Source: Octopus bimaculoides (taxonomy: Eukaryota). From it: 64,000 bases of DNA. The notes beneath the pieces are model-generated. The model saw nothing but the letters and a program-made list of their open reading frames with translations, was not told the origin of the DNA and searched no databases. Every line of letters begins with the position of its first letter. Positions within the stretch are counted from its first letter, which is position 1. The stretch is from the NCBI RefSeq assembly GCF_001194135.2, contig NC_068984.1, positions 30,600,828 through 30,664,827 on the forward strand, given 5' to 3'. Shown here in pieces: positions 25,950 through 39,415 of the stretch. Made by a program: the position numbers and the translations under genes.

Positions 25950-27135
25950 TTATATGTAAAAATATCTTGAAATACTCAAGTGTAAACTTATTCAATAAAA
26001 TCGGCATTGGCTTCAACCATAGCCTCCAGACAACTTCAGAATCTCCTGCAACCCTCCTTGACAGTCTCCTTGTTTAAGTTGGTGAACGCTGCCATAATCC
26101 TTGCCTTCAGTTCATCTTTGGTGTTGGTCTCTTGCTCAACTGCATCCCACACATAATAATCAAAGGAGTTGCAGTCTGGGGAGTTAGGTGGACAGATGTT
26201 AGGGGTGATGTGGTCGCAGAAATTGTCTGACAGACATGACTAGGTTCTCTCCTGCTTGTGCTGCATGATGCAGAGTCCTGTTGCCAGACATAGGGTTTTC
26301 TAGCAGCCACCCTCTTGACCCAGGCACTAGATTCAGGCCTCTGTGTTGAGTGTGAGGTCGTGTGGGAAGATGAATGTTGGTATAATGGCACCGTCACTAG
26401 TGATCACTCCAAACACCATGATGTTGACTGGATGTTTGATTTTTATCATTCTTGGTACATGTTTTGGAGACATGGCAAGCCTTAGATTGTTCTGTGTGTT
26501 CACCTTCTGATCCTAGCAGAAATTTTTCTCGTTTAAGAAAAAACCAAAGCATGTTCGGTTGGAGGGATGCTTGAGTTTGTTCAAAAGGTTCGTAGCACAG
26601 TCTTGCCTCTTGTCCTTGATGGCTTCGGATAAAAATTAGCCCCTTCTCATCTTGTGTGAGGAATATTGAATGTTTTTATGCACTACCTTCCTGATAAGAA
26701 ATTCAGACACTCTCATGTCCCTGGTGATGGACCAGACTGACTTGGAGAGATCATTGTCAATTATGGCCTGGATCTCACCAACAAATTTAGGAGTCCTTTT
26801 CTTATCAGAACAATCAGAGTGAGTTTTCCAAGCCGCCGTACCTCTGTAATCACCATTAGACTCATCCAATTCTTTCTGAATCCTCTGCACTGTCCTCAGA
26901 TTGACACTCAAACACTGTGAAATGTTCGTATTGGATCTTCCAGTGCAAATGCCAAGCAGTACAGCATGCCATTTCAAAATTTCTGGCTGAGTGAATTGTG
27001 TCATGGTGCTGTTTTTCTCACAGATAGTATCCAACTTACCCTACATATACTGTGTAATTGATAGAATCAAAAGCAAACAATGCACATGCACGAAATTGAA
27101 AATATAAAATGGTGACAATTTACCCATCACGCCTA
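25950..27135 (-). mobile_element. Tc1/mariner maT-type (DD37D) transposon, decayed, 3' TIR lost
   Basis: HTH N-terminus (ORF 26636-27034), then PKHVPRMIKIKHPVNIMVFGVITSDG and WQQDSA. 5' TIR-like TAGGCGTGATGGGTAAATTGTCACC. Confidence 0.85.
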
Positions 27136-27204
27136 TATATATATATATCTTTTACTCTTTTACTTGTTTCAGTCATTTGACTGCGGCCATGCTGGAGCAC
27201 TGCA

Positions 27205-27330
<126 letters not shown>

Positions 27331-30300
27331 ATATGTGCTTACTTCTGTAAATATTGCTCTTTCTGTAACAGTTTGTGATGTCTTTCTCATCTTTAATAAA
27401 ATAATATATATGCACAAACATTACATGTACACACACACAGACATGTACGAGTATATATACTACATATGCATGTATGTGTGTGTGTGTGGCAGTGTGTATG
27501 CACAGGCAATACATAAATCATTGACTGATTTAACAAAGGTCTATGCTTAAGCTGTTAAATGAACTGGCAAAAATACATGGATGCAAAACTTGCTTCACAT
27601 GGAGAATATTCCATTATTTGTCCTTGTTATTGTCTGAGATATCTGCTAGTTTTGTATCATGAAAGAGTTTGGTAACAACAAAAAGCACATGATGTTAGGA
27701 CATTTTTAGCTTTTAATTGATTTTGGTACTAAAGCAGTCTTAAAGTTAAGGTGCTTGATCACTAACATTACTGAGACCATTTTAAAAAATATTTTCTTTG
27801 ACACCAGTTATTGTTTTCTTTGATAAACCACCTAATTTTGATTACTCTGCAAAATGGTTGAGGTTAAAAAATGTTTCAAGCTATAAAAAATCAAACCAAA
27901 AAGAGAAAAATACAGGCAAAATATGGTCTGTCAATCCATCTCAGAGGGAAGTGGAATCAAATAAGAAATGACTGAAGCCATGATTGTGAGAACCTGACCA
28001 CCTTATGTTTGCATGGAAAATGAATGTAAAATAATGATGATGAGGGTCTTTATGTTTCTCTTTAGAATGATTAACATGAGAAAGGACAGCTATCTAATAT
28101 AAGGACAAAATTTTCTTAACTTATCATCTAATTAAATGAAACAGCAAAATAACGGTACATGACATGTTTTTGAAAACTTTGGTGGAAATAAAAAAAAGGA
28201 AAATCAATCCTTCCCAAAATTAAGGGAACCTTTTTCATGTCAATCAATTTTTGAAATAAACAAAATTGTTTTCTCTGAAGATTATACATTATTCTGTGAG
28301 TAGGTATCAATAGAAGAGCAATTTCTAGTGTAGAATAAAATTTCTCAAACTAATAGAATGACAAAACCAAAAAAAAAAAAAAAAGAAGAAAAATTATAAA
28401 GGAAGGGAAAAGACAAAAATAGCAGCAGGTGTACCTGAAAACTTTGGCAATTTCTTTCTACTGATAATTAGATGGCAAGATTGTAACAGAAAGTAAACAA
28501 TTGCAGAGGCTGTGAAGTAAATATAGTATTGATAGCAAAGACATTTTGTTTGATACTAATTACTATGAATTTCGGTTACTGCTCTGTGTTGACAGGAAAC
28601 TGTAAATAGTAAAACATGCTGGACACACTTCTATATTAACAGTGACTTACACGAGACCATAGATGCAATGAAAGGCACACATACACATACATATAGGCAT
28701 CCAAACATTAATTCAGAAAGAAAAGGAAAACAAAATGTGAAGTAGAAAAAAGAAGAAAAAACAGTCCTAAGATTTGTGTAAATAGAAAGGAGAAAACTGT
28801 CTGTGTGTTGATCACAATAATATAAGCTTGGAGAAGTTTTTGTAGAAACAGACTGATGTCTTCATTGCTACAAAACCATCATATCGCGTGACTTAGCAGG
28901 TCAGAGCAACACTAATATAATGGCTAATCAAATTAAGAATACAAGTGAAAGAAGATGTACAAAAACATTCATATAATTCTAGCAAATTAAAAGGAAAAAC
29001 ACTGAGACATTTCTAAAACATCACTGTTCAAATATAAAACTTGTGTAAAGACCAATTCTCTTTAAAAGAATATATTGTTCTAGCTTTAGGCTGAAATTGA
29101 AAGTATTCAGATATTAGCAGTTCTTTGAAGTGTTTGTAATAGTTCTAAATAATAAATGGGTGTTAAACAATACATTCCAAATAATACAATGTTTAATATT
29201 GGGATACTTCCACTCACCAAAATCTGTGGACAGTTTTATTAAGGAACTAAGAAGGAAAGAATCAGATAAGTTTGCATTGTCTTCTTATACAAAAGGATAT
29301 AAAAAATTCTAAACTCTTAGTATTTCAAAGACTGAAGGTATTCTGTTTAAAATAACCTTAAACAACAAATATTACAAATATATAATATTCAACTGAAACA
29401 ACATCCATTCTCATGAACAATACAGATTGTACCTTCAAAAAATATTCAAAACAGCTATTTAAAATTTCAGTTTAAGCAATTCTAAGTTTAGACATAATTT
29501 ATAGCTTTTAACCTCATTCATATAATCGAGTACTAATTTCTGTAAGGTAATGCCACAGACATAAATAAATAGGGAGGGATCAAATATTATATTCCTTTAT
29601 ATTTATGGATGATATTTAATAAAGATGCAGTAGTATTGTTAGACACCAGGTCATTGAGCTACAAACAAAATTGTTATGATATTTATTTCTACCAATAAAA
29701 AAAATAAAAGTGAACATGATAGTACTTGTGTTTTAGATTGTTATTATGTCTCTTCCACAATAAATGTTCTAGCTTAACACACAATATCCTACCAAGTCAT
29801 TTGCCAAACAAGTACAAACTCTGCAGTTTTATAGTGTACAGAAAACTGTTCTCTTGTCATATGTAAGGACACTATAGGTAACACACAGGAAAGAAAAAAA
29901 AAGTTATAAAATCTACTGTAAATTAGATTTCTATTTGACAGCCAAAATGTAGGAATTCTTTTACATTTTATGTTAAAACAAATGAAGATTTTTGAAGGAT
30001 TTTCTTGTATTAAAGCATTCTGCCAAATTTCTTTCAAACGTTCAATATCTTGTCATAATTTATACACTTCTTCAATCTGACAGAAAATGGACTATTCTTT
30101 GAATTCCATCAGGATATATACTGAAAGGAAATAATATAAAGTACTTTACTGGTGCATGCAGCACAACTCTTGCACAGAATCAAGTGTTATTATTGTATAG
30201 AGGTTCCAATATTATACAGTAGTTTTACATCTTAAAGTGATAACTTTTGAATGGCAGTATAAAATGAAAGCTGGAATCAGTAGTTTTATCCTCCATGGAC

Positions 30301-32771
30301 ACTAGGATAGAAAATATACTTCTATTTCAGTAAAATAACAGTATCCCGTCATGACCAATTTAACTTAAACTAGTAAAAGATCTTTAAAATATGTTATACT
30401 TCTGTAAAATTTTTCCTTTTGTACCTAAAATAGCTGCAGTTACTTGGGGAAAAATTTTGAAACATTTAGAGAGAAATGAAGTGCATATATTTTGATAAAT
30501 ATGCACTGTGAACTAGTTAGATGATATATTTCAGAAAATGCTATGAGTGAGTGGATATTGTGGAATAGATTACAGCAAGTAATTGAAAAATTAGTATGGA
30601 CACATTGTAAAAATAGAGGATTTGCAATGGTAAATTTGAGTGGTCAGAAAAGGGATAGGAAAAAACGAAAATGATTCATAAGACCAGATTATATACTACA
30701 GCTTATAAGTGTATGCAAGACTCAAAACCAGTAAGAGAGTTTCTACACAGTCATTTGGCTGCAATAACAAGTAGCTAAGTTTCCCTTAAACCATACCCTA
30801 CTATCTTGAAGAAAAGCTGAAGTTGATACATTATTCCTGAAAATAAAATGGATTTGGATGCTTTGAGTATAGATCTGGGTTAAACAATAGCAGGTGCAGT
30901 AAGATGAATAACAATAATCAACAAATATTTGATATTAGACTCATAAAATATAGATTAACAATGAAAATTGTGCTATAATTATCATGATTGAAAAACCTCG
31001 GCCAGCATTATTTGAAAAACTCTAAGGTAGGAGGTAACCAATGGGATGCTTTGGAATATTCTATCTATGCTACACTTTGGTTATACAATTGATTTAATTG
31101 TGTATGAGACCACTAAGTAATGTTTTCTATGTCAGATATAGCATGATAGTAAGGAAATGTTTCATACATCTATGTATTATCCAAATCAGAGAAGAGTAAA
31201 GTGAATAATGTTACTCATTAATACTTCAAATCTCTAGATTCTACTGTGTTTGTCAAACCAGCATATCAACCAGAGAAAAAGTCTAAATATGAGGAAACTG
31301 GTGAATGTCTATTGCTAACAAGTAGTCCATAGAATAACTTATATGAAGCTTTATAAGTTAAATTGCCACAAAGAGTGAAGAATATCACAGCATTTCAGGG
31401 TTATTGTAGCTATGTATATTCATATTACTTTGATACATATATTTTAATATAGTTTTATGTTTATCTTGGTCACATAAAAAAAAAATAGTCTATTTAAAAT
31501 GGTGTCATGAGCATAATCTCAATGTACTCTATTATTAATATGCCTAGATGTTAGCAGAAGGTTGAATATTTAATTACTGAATAAACTTTGGTTTTTAAAT
31601 ATCTAAAGTGATTTTGACAATCTCTTTTGGCATTTAGACAGTGTTTGTATAATGATTCTGCATTTCATGATGTAGATTTGTTAGGGATCTTCTGTGTAGG
31701 TGATCAATTTACTTACTGCTACTATGAAACCTATTTAAAAACACATTGGACTCTTAAACATTGCAACAGTTTAGGGTAAGAGCAGATTTTGAGCCATACA
31801 CTTAAAACACAGATTTAGCCATAAACAGAATGTTGAATGATGACTGCCTAATAGATGTTGTGTGTATGTGCATGTGTGTGTTTAGGTTAATCAGAGAATG
31901 AGCATAGCCATCATTTGTTTCTGACTCTCAGAGTACTGTAGGTTAATGTAAGGCAGCAAATGTATAACTGAGAAGTGAATTCCTGTGAAGATGCAATTAG
32001 GAAAAAGAAATGGTTGGTCAACATCTTTGGAACAGAGTCTAGGAAAATGAGACAATGATGGTAGCAAGAGAAATGTAGGTATCTGGTAAGACAAGGCGGT
32101 CAGGTTAGGAAGCTATCCAATTCTGAAAACCAAAATTAATGTAAAATAAATAGAAGAGACACAAAAAAGAACAAATATATGTGCGAACCAATGGCTGAAG
32201 CATTCTGATGAGTGAGATTTTATGGTCTAGAATGCATTATAATTCGAGATATGTGGACAATACTTGAATGATTGCTTGTAGAGAGTCAGCACCTGTTCAA
32301 GCTTGAAGTATTTTCTGGACTTAAAGGATGAAAATTTTATTCTTATTTCATATAAGGTCATCATTGAGATAATCTAATATTGAAAGGCAAAAGTATTAGG
32401 AATGCCATTGCAAAATTCATGTTTATTTATTTATTTATTTATGTGTTTCAGCCAAGTGGCTGCGGTCATGCTGGTGCACCTACTGGGAATTTAAATTTGT
32501 TCATTACCAAAAACAAGAAATAGCATTGAAAAATTATGTTACTGAAGTGAAATCTTTCCCAGCACTTCGTATTATTAACATTGTTAGAACTTATGTACAG
32601 GCATGGCTGTGTGGTTAAGAAGCTCACTTTACAAATGCATGATTTCAGAATCAGTCACACCAGGGTGACATATGGGGCAAATATCGTTCTGTTATTGTTA
32701 GAATTTATGTGTGTGTGTGTGTGTACGTGTGTGTGTGTGTGTGTGTGTACATATTCATACATACATACATA

Positions 32772-33910
32772 CATAGTATCACTCAGGCAGCACCTGCTAA
32801 ACAACAACAGCAAAAATAAATATATGAGTGCTGTGCTAAAAAGTGAAGTGAGCAACATTGTATGAGTTGGCAGTGAGCTCCTCAAAAAGCACTCTCTTCC
32901 TGATGATCTCCTATACATCCTCCAAACAACTGGGCTCTCTTACTTCAGAGAAGATCTGGATGGAAAGTACTCAGCATACAAAAAAAACAAAACAAAAAAA
33001 AACTATGCATGAGTATGCTGCCCGGAAGCTTGAAGAAGACAGCAAAATTGACACGAAGCACAGCCATTCTTGGACACAAGACCACTACATAATATCATAC
33101 TTTGAGGGCTATGCGACTGCAATCCAGGAACAGGAAATTGCCACAAATTATCTGGTGAAAAAGAGAGAGACAGTCACACTCTTGTAATCCCAAGGTGCAA
33201 CTGCATGTATAGGTTATGTCATGTTTCTGTGGAAGACATCGTGCATGTGATTAGCAGCTGTCCTAAAATGTCATCATGGCACTACCTCCCTATGCGGCAC
33301 AATGTTGTTGCTAAAACAATTTACAATGCCATCCGCAAAAAAAGACTGCCCTGAAATAAACTTAGAAAATCCCTCTGTTATGGAGTTATGTAATACATTC
33401 GTAAACACCAACTCAAGGAATGCTGATGGAATATTCCCATCAAACCTTCTTTGAAATGTAAATATAAGAGGCTAAATATTGTTGCTTGGGACAGAGGAGC
33501 AAAGATATGCACCATCATAGCAGTCAACTGCCCCGCAGATATAAATATCTCATTGAAAATCTAAGAAAAAGAGGATATCTATGGACAACTGCTTCAAAAC
33601 CTCCAGCTTCTATATCCAGACTATGAATTCATATTCATACCAATTATAATTGGAGTACTAGGTTTTGTTAGTAAATGCTTAAAGGAGAATGTGGATAAAC
33701 TGGGATTTCCAGAAAGAGAAATTGACTGGTTAATTCGTACATTACAAGTGCAATCTGTGAGTAGAACACTAAAAGTTTGCAAGACTTTTCTCAAGTTCTA
33801 AATGTGAATTTGTCCGTGTTAATTACATCCCAAAGATGGAGCCTTGTATCTTTGTTGGAAACCAGCACCTTTCTCAGTGGAAGATTTATAACAATTAAAA
33901 AGTAAAAGTG
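32772..33910 (+). mobile_element. R4/Dong-clade LINE, 3' part (zinc knuckle plus restriction-like endonuclease), pseudogenised
   Basis: Reads EGYATAIQEQEIAT, ED..HVISSCPKMS..YLPMRHNVVAK, WNIP..CKYKRLNIVAWD..CTII.VNCPAD and IPIIIGVLG, with stops and frameshifts. Confidence 0.85.
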
Positions 33911-34192
33911 ATATACATACATAAATACATATGTGATAAGTTGTTTGTCGAACCTATATACTATGTGGTAACATTGTCATTGAAAAGTGTTTCCTTCGAT
34001 GAAATATACGCTACTTTTAAATTCGTTCATGTGGCTACGAATTGCTCTAATACTGCTACAATATTTAAATCAATAACTGATTAAACAATTATCATTTAAC
34101 TGAAAGGATCAATAACCTATCAGTTATAAAAGGTTAATGCTGCCTTTTCTATTTATAACTTCAGTAAATATAATTTCTAAAATAACGTTTTT

Positions 34193-34230
<38 letters not shown>

Positions 34231-34356
34231 CACATATATATATAGACAATTAAATAGAGAGATTCAATTGACAATCTAACAATTTATTTATATTATAATA
34301 TAACATAATATACTATGAATATAATATAAGATAACATCAAAAATTATTAAAATACT

Positions 34357-34444
34357 AAAAATGCCAACAATTTGTTTCGACTGACATACATTATTTGATT
34401 TATCAACAATTCATATCCATGTATATAAGTCTCTTCAGGGTTTT
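34357..34444 (-). ncRNA. Type I hammerhead ribozyme, intact core, long stem II
   Basis: Minus strand: AAAACC-CTGAAGA-GACTTATATACAT...ATGTATGTCAGTC-GAAA-CAAATTG-TT-GGCATTTTT. Stem II has 13 positions (11 WC pairs, 1 GU, 1 mismatch). Triplet GUU. Stem I is weak and bulged. Confidence 0.7.
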
Positions 34445-34699
34445 GGTTCAAAAGACTGATGGAATTCCTTGTCAAAGGACAGCTAGATGGCAAAAAATTT
34501 GATTCAGATACCTATGTTCACGAGCGTGAATGTTAACTTTTAATTTGCATTATACCCCTATTTCTGTGGTATTCAACTGATGTACCAGTGAATTAGATGT
34601 TTTACACACCCCTTTGAAGGAATTCCTTTCTTTCGTTTGCTACTTTAATATTTATAGATGTGTGTGTGTGTGTGTGTGTGTGTATTTTAAATTAAAAAA

Positions 34700-35598
34700 T
34701 GAAGACCAAACACAAAAAAACACAACAACGTGAGGATGTGGTACATGTAACGTATTAGCAGATGCTCAGGGAAGGAAAGAAAGATGGTTTAACATTTTGA
34801 GCAGACACTCTTCTTTGAAAACAGAGGAAAGTCCAATAGAAGGGAAGGCGGAGGAAGAAAATTGCCAATGATTCACATGTGGTTTGTCACATTAATCTGG
34901 CTATTTGATGTTACTACTCTTTAACTCCAGGCAGAGCCTCTACCAGCTGGTTATCAGTGCAATCTGCACCTGGTATATATTGCAAGCAAGGGGGTGAACC
35001 CCTACTATCTTCTATAAAATGATGGCATCACCAAACTGAATGGTTTTGGGTTATTAGTACCGATCTTCAATGGTGAACATCCAACCACTAGAGATGGCAG
35101 GAATTCACTCCAGTTTGCACTATTTAGAAAACGAAGTGATAATCAGTCACTGAACTTGCAACAAACAAGGTAGTTAGTTAGAAAATAAGATATGAAAGTA
35201 ATTAAAGTTTGGTCAAAGTTGTTCCAACGACTTCTAGTTTATTAATCAATTTTTACATTTGGTTAATCTGTTTACATTGCACCTCACTTGGATCCTAAAA
35301 AAGGACTTATGGCTATTTAGCCTGGCTTTGTAGGGGCTCACTATTGCTCTAATATATTACTTTGCAAGCATCCCTTCATCTTAGATACCACCACCTATAG
35401 TCCATGACCTCAGTTTTACATCAGTCATTCACTGGGCACTCATTGTTAATTCTATATGTGCATCTTGCCTCTGCACAAGGTTTTGGGGCGTTCACTAATA
35501 TCTACTTGACATAGGCACACTACTGGATGAAACCCTTAAGTTATGTCTGTTGATTAAACTCCTATATCTATGAGACTGTGTGAAATGGTAATCTAGTG
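34700..35598 (-). mobile_element. Penelope-like element remnant (thumb/linker plus GIY-YIG endonuclease) with a decayed HHR-type terminal repeat
   Basis: Minus strand reads LDYHFTQSHRYRSLINRHNLRVSSSSVPMS, then CTYRINNECPVND*CKTEVMDY, then YIRAIVSPYKARLNSHKSFF, resembling PLE D.HF..H..FNR..KVSYS.MP, CPL.G.C and YIG..FK.R..H. Coding evidence is confined to 35285-35598; the rest of the span is inferred. Confidence 0.7.
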
Positions 35599-36247
35599 AT
35601 CTAAGGTTTGTTGTGTCCCCAAAACATTTACCACGAGTGATAAAAATCAAACATTCAGTCAACATCATGGTGTTAGGAGAGATCATTAGTGATGGCGACA
35701 TTATGCCTCCATTCATCTTCCCACACAACCTCATATTCAACATGGAGGCCTACATCAAGTGCCTGGAGGAAGCAGTGCTGCCTTGGGTCAAAAGGGTGGC
35801 TACTGGAAAACCCTATTTCTGGCAACAGGATTCTGCACCATGCCACACAAGCAGGAGAACCCAGTCATGGCTGTCAGACAATTTCTGCAACTACATCATA
35901 CTTAACATCTCGCCACCTAACGCCCCAAACTGCAATGCACTTCGTTAAGTGTCAGGTACAGTTGAGTGAGAGACCAACGAAACTCCTTGTAGCACCAAAG
36001 ATGAACTGAAGACGAGGATTATGGGAGCATTCACCAACTTAAACAAGGAGACCATCCAGAAGAGTCACAGGAGATTTCGAAGTTGTTTGGAGGCCATGGT
36101 TGAAGCCAATGGCAATTTTATTGAATAAATTTACTGTTTAGTATTTCAAGATATTTTATGTAATTTTGCTAAATACATCTGTTAAAATGAGATGACAGTG
36201 TCATTTCCATTTTTGCATAATTTAGACAATAGTTTATTCACCATACC

Positions 36248-36250
<3 letters not shown>
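35599..36250 (+). mobile_element. maT-type (DD37D) transposon, 3' half with TIR
   Basis: Reads WQQDSAPCHTSRRTQSWLSDNFC...PPNAPNCNAL, with 37 residues from the QQD aspartate to the degenerate third-D position. TIR ends CATACCCTG-TA. Homologous to 25950-26550. Confidence 0.85.
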
Positions 36251-36283
<33 letters not shown>

Positions 36284-36423
36284 GTAAAAGCACCCACTAC
36301 ACTCTCTGAGTGGTTGGCGTTAGGAAGGGCATCCAGCTGTAGAAACTCTGCCAAATCAGACTGGAGCCTGGTGTTGCCATCCGCTTTCACCAGTCCTCAG
36401 TCAAATCGTCCAACCCATGCTAG
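36284..36423 (+). mobile_element. RTE LINE 3' tail
   Basis: Near-identical to 713-850. Confidence 0.9.
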
Positions 36424-36433
36424 NNNNNNNNNN

Positions 36434-36479
<46 letters not shown>

Positions 36480-37938
36480 GGGGTACAGTCTCTGAAAATT
36501 TGACAATGGGATTTGCTTATAAATATTTTCCTTATATATGTGTAACTTCTTGTTGCTATTGAAAAAGTGTAGGATGATGTAACTAAATCATTTATAAACA
36601 AACTCTCTAGTTTCTTTGTTTTTTTTTTTTTGGTTTTTACTATATGTTCACTATGATCTACTTAACTATGAATACATTACGAGAAATTTTATGTATATGA
36701 GCCCTCCTTATGACTTTCTCTTTAAATATCATCATCATCATTGTTTAAAATCCATTTTCCATATTGGAATGGAACACTCTATGAATAAATATAGGGTTTT
36801 AACTGCTGGATATTCGTCATACAATTCAAAGCTAAATCACACTGCATGATTTTATATATGTATATGTTTGTATTTGTGCATGGGAATTTAGTGTATACAT
36901 TTGTGCCTACTTTATTTATATTGCTTGATATTTGTAAATGAGTATCACCATCATACAACGAATGTTCACCTTCTGTGACAGCAACAAAGCATGAGGAAAT
37001 ATTTATATGCTTGGAAATATGTGAGGACTAGAAACAGCATAGGCAACTAGATATAGAAAATCTACCTTAACAAATTCCATTTGGCCCAAGCTTGGTTATA
37101 TTGATGTTGATGTTGACACATTTATTGAAATACACTCATAAAAGGATATTAGCTGACATTAAATTCACCAACAGAAATATTTGTTGAAAAACATATATTG
37201 AAACTTATTGTGAACTAATATTTTAAGCAACTTATTTTAATTTAAAAATTATAATAAAAAAATTACATTTTAAAGGAAATATTTTTCATTATTTTGAGTA
37301 ATCTTGTATACACTGTGTGTGTTCATTATACATCATGCTCAACTTATCAAATATTTGAATGTTCTAACTTCTTTAGCAATAATAATTGTTATAATTACTC
37401 ATACCAACCATAATGATTTCCAACAGAGATGCACAATTGCAATCACTGTGGGTAAGTTATAGTCAATTAGACATACCCAATAATTATTGGTACTTATTAC
37501 ACTGTCCTATAAAAGATGATAGATAAAGTGTACTATGGCTGAATTTGATTGTAAATGCTAAATGAATGAAACATGGTGCTGCAAACTATTTTGATCTATG
37601 CTCGTTGGATTCATTGTTATACCACTTATCACCACTATAATGATTACTTCTTATATAGGCACAGGAGCAGAACGATTCGATGGACCCTAATATTTGGCTG
37701 ATACTCAAGCAGATAATTTCTTTAATGATTATGTCTGGAAAATTTGTCTCAAGAACACTAATGATTTTGCAATGTGAATTGTTAGATTTTACCACAAAAA
37801 ATGTTCTTAAATCTGATGGGTAGATTATGTGTAATCTATTAGCACTAACTTGCATATTAGCAACTTTTAAATGTTAGGAGTTTAAAACATTTCAGGAGTT
37901 AATTCAATTATCAATAGGTTTTTGCATTGTTTTATATA

Positions 37939-38093
<155 letters not shown>

Positions 38094-38254
38094 TTAACCT
38101 AATTCATTCATTTTTGTCTATGAATGTCTTTCTACAAAATATTTGAATTTCTGATGTGTGTATTTCTGATGAATGTCTTTTGTATATATCTATAACTATC
38201 TCTGTCTATATATATATATATATATCTCTTAAATGTATAACTATTTCTGTATGA

Positions 38255-39415
38255 GTCAGAGCTCCAGCAGCAGAGGCATAAGGTCAGTCCAAACAGCCTT
38301 TGAATGTCACATTATATCAATCAGACAACATCTGCTGAACAGTAAAGACAGATGTGAGCATATTCCATGCATACTCAAAAGTGTAGGCAACAACATCTTC
38401 AGAGCTGGAGAACTACGATACTGTTACTCTGAGAATACAATTGTCTCATGCAACCCAAAAGAGGCTGGACAGGCCTACCTAAATAGAAGCTTGAAAGGGC
38501 AGCAGGCATCATACCAACAAAAAGCAATGCATAGGTACATATCTTGTAAGCTCCAGGGCAACAACAGCATTGACAGGAAGAGTAACCTCTTCTGGATCTG
38601 CAATAGATACATTATATCCCACCTAGAAGGATATGCCTTTGCTATCTAGGAATAGGAAATAGCTACTAAATACTTGATAAACAAAAGGGACAAAGGTACC
38701 AGCAAACCGCCATGTTGTGATAAGAAATATCAGCTCTGCTATACCAATGAATAAGATATCACCCACGTCATCAGCAGCTGCCCCAGAATGTCTATGAGAT
38801 ACAACCTGTCTTTGAGGCATGATATAGTTGCAAAGACTATTTACAATACTATTCACTAGAAGGAATGCCCTGATGTATGCATAAAAGACATGTCAGAACC
38901 AGCAGGTATTCACACCTTCAAATAGGAATACTGGTGGAACACCTCAATCATCATCATCATCGTTTAATGTCCGCTTTCCATGCTGCATGGGTTCGAGGAT
39001 TTGACTGAGGACTGGTGAACCAGATGGCTACACCAGGCTCCAATCTGATTTGGCAGAGTTTCTACATCTGGATGCCCTTCCTAACACCAACCACTCTGAG
39101 AGTGTAGTGGGTGCTTTTATGTGCCACCGGCACGAAGGCCAGTCAGGCAGTACTGGCAATAGCGATGCTCAAAATGGTTTATTTTACGTGCCACCTGCAC
39201 AGGAGCCAGTCCAGTGGTACTGGCAATGACCTAGCTCGAATGTCTTTTCATGTGCCGCCAGCACAAGTGCCAGGAAGGCGACACTGGCAACGATCACGCT
39301 CAAATGGTGGTCAAAAAATTTCAATTTGGTGCAAACATAACAGAACTGATAGTGTTCTGTTAGACAGGGAACTAAAGTCAATGTACTGTTGCAGAGGTCA
39401 GTTGCCCAGCAAATG
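38255..39415 (+). mobile_element. Second R4/Dong LINE fragment, split by an RTE 3' UTR insertion
   Basis: Reads SHLEGYAFAI*E*EIATKYL, DITHVISSCPRMS and EYWWNTSI, then the insertion, then CKHNRTDSVLLDRELK and TVAEVSCPANVN. Confidence 0.8.
38947..39310 (-). mobile_element. RTE LINE 3' UTR nested in the Dong fragment
   Basis: (CAT)n tail and UTR subrepeats matching 22480-22828. Confidence 0.9.

Noticed and set aside
30072-30120. Minus-strand acceptor followed by IYPDGIQRIVHFLSD* (possible last exon); similar case near 32120
   Set aside because: Too short, unrecognised peptide, and no partner exons identified.
32201-32240. CTGATGAG inside a GCATTCT/AGAATGC hairpin
   Set aside because: Lacks the GAAA strand and the three-way junction.
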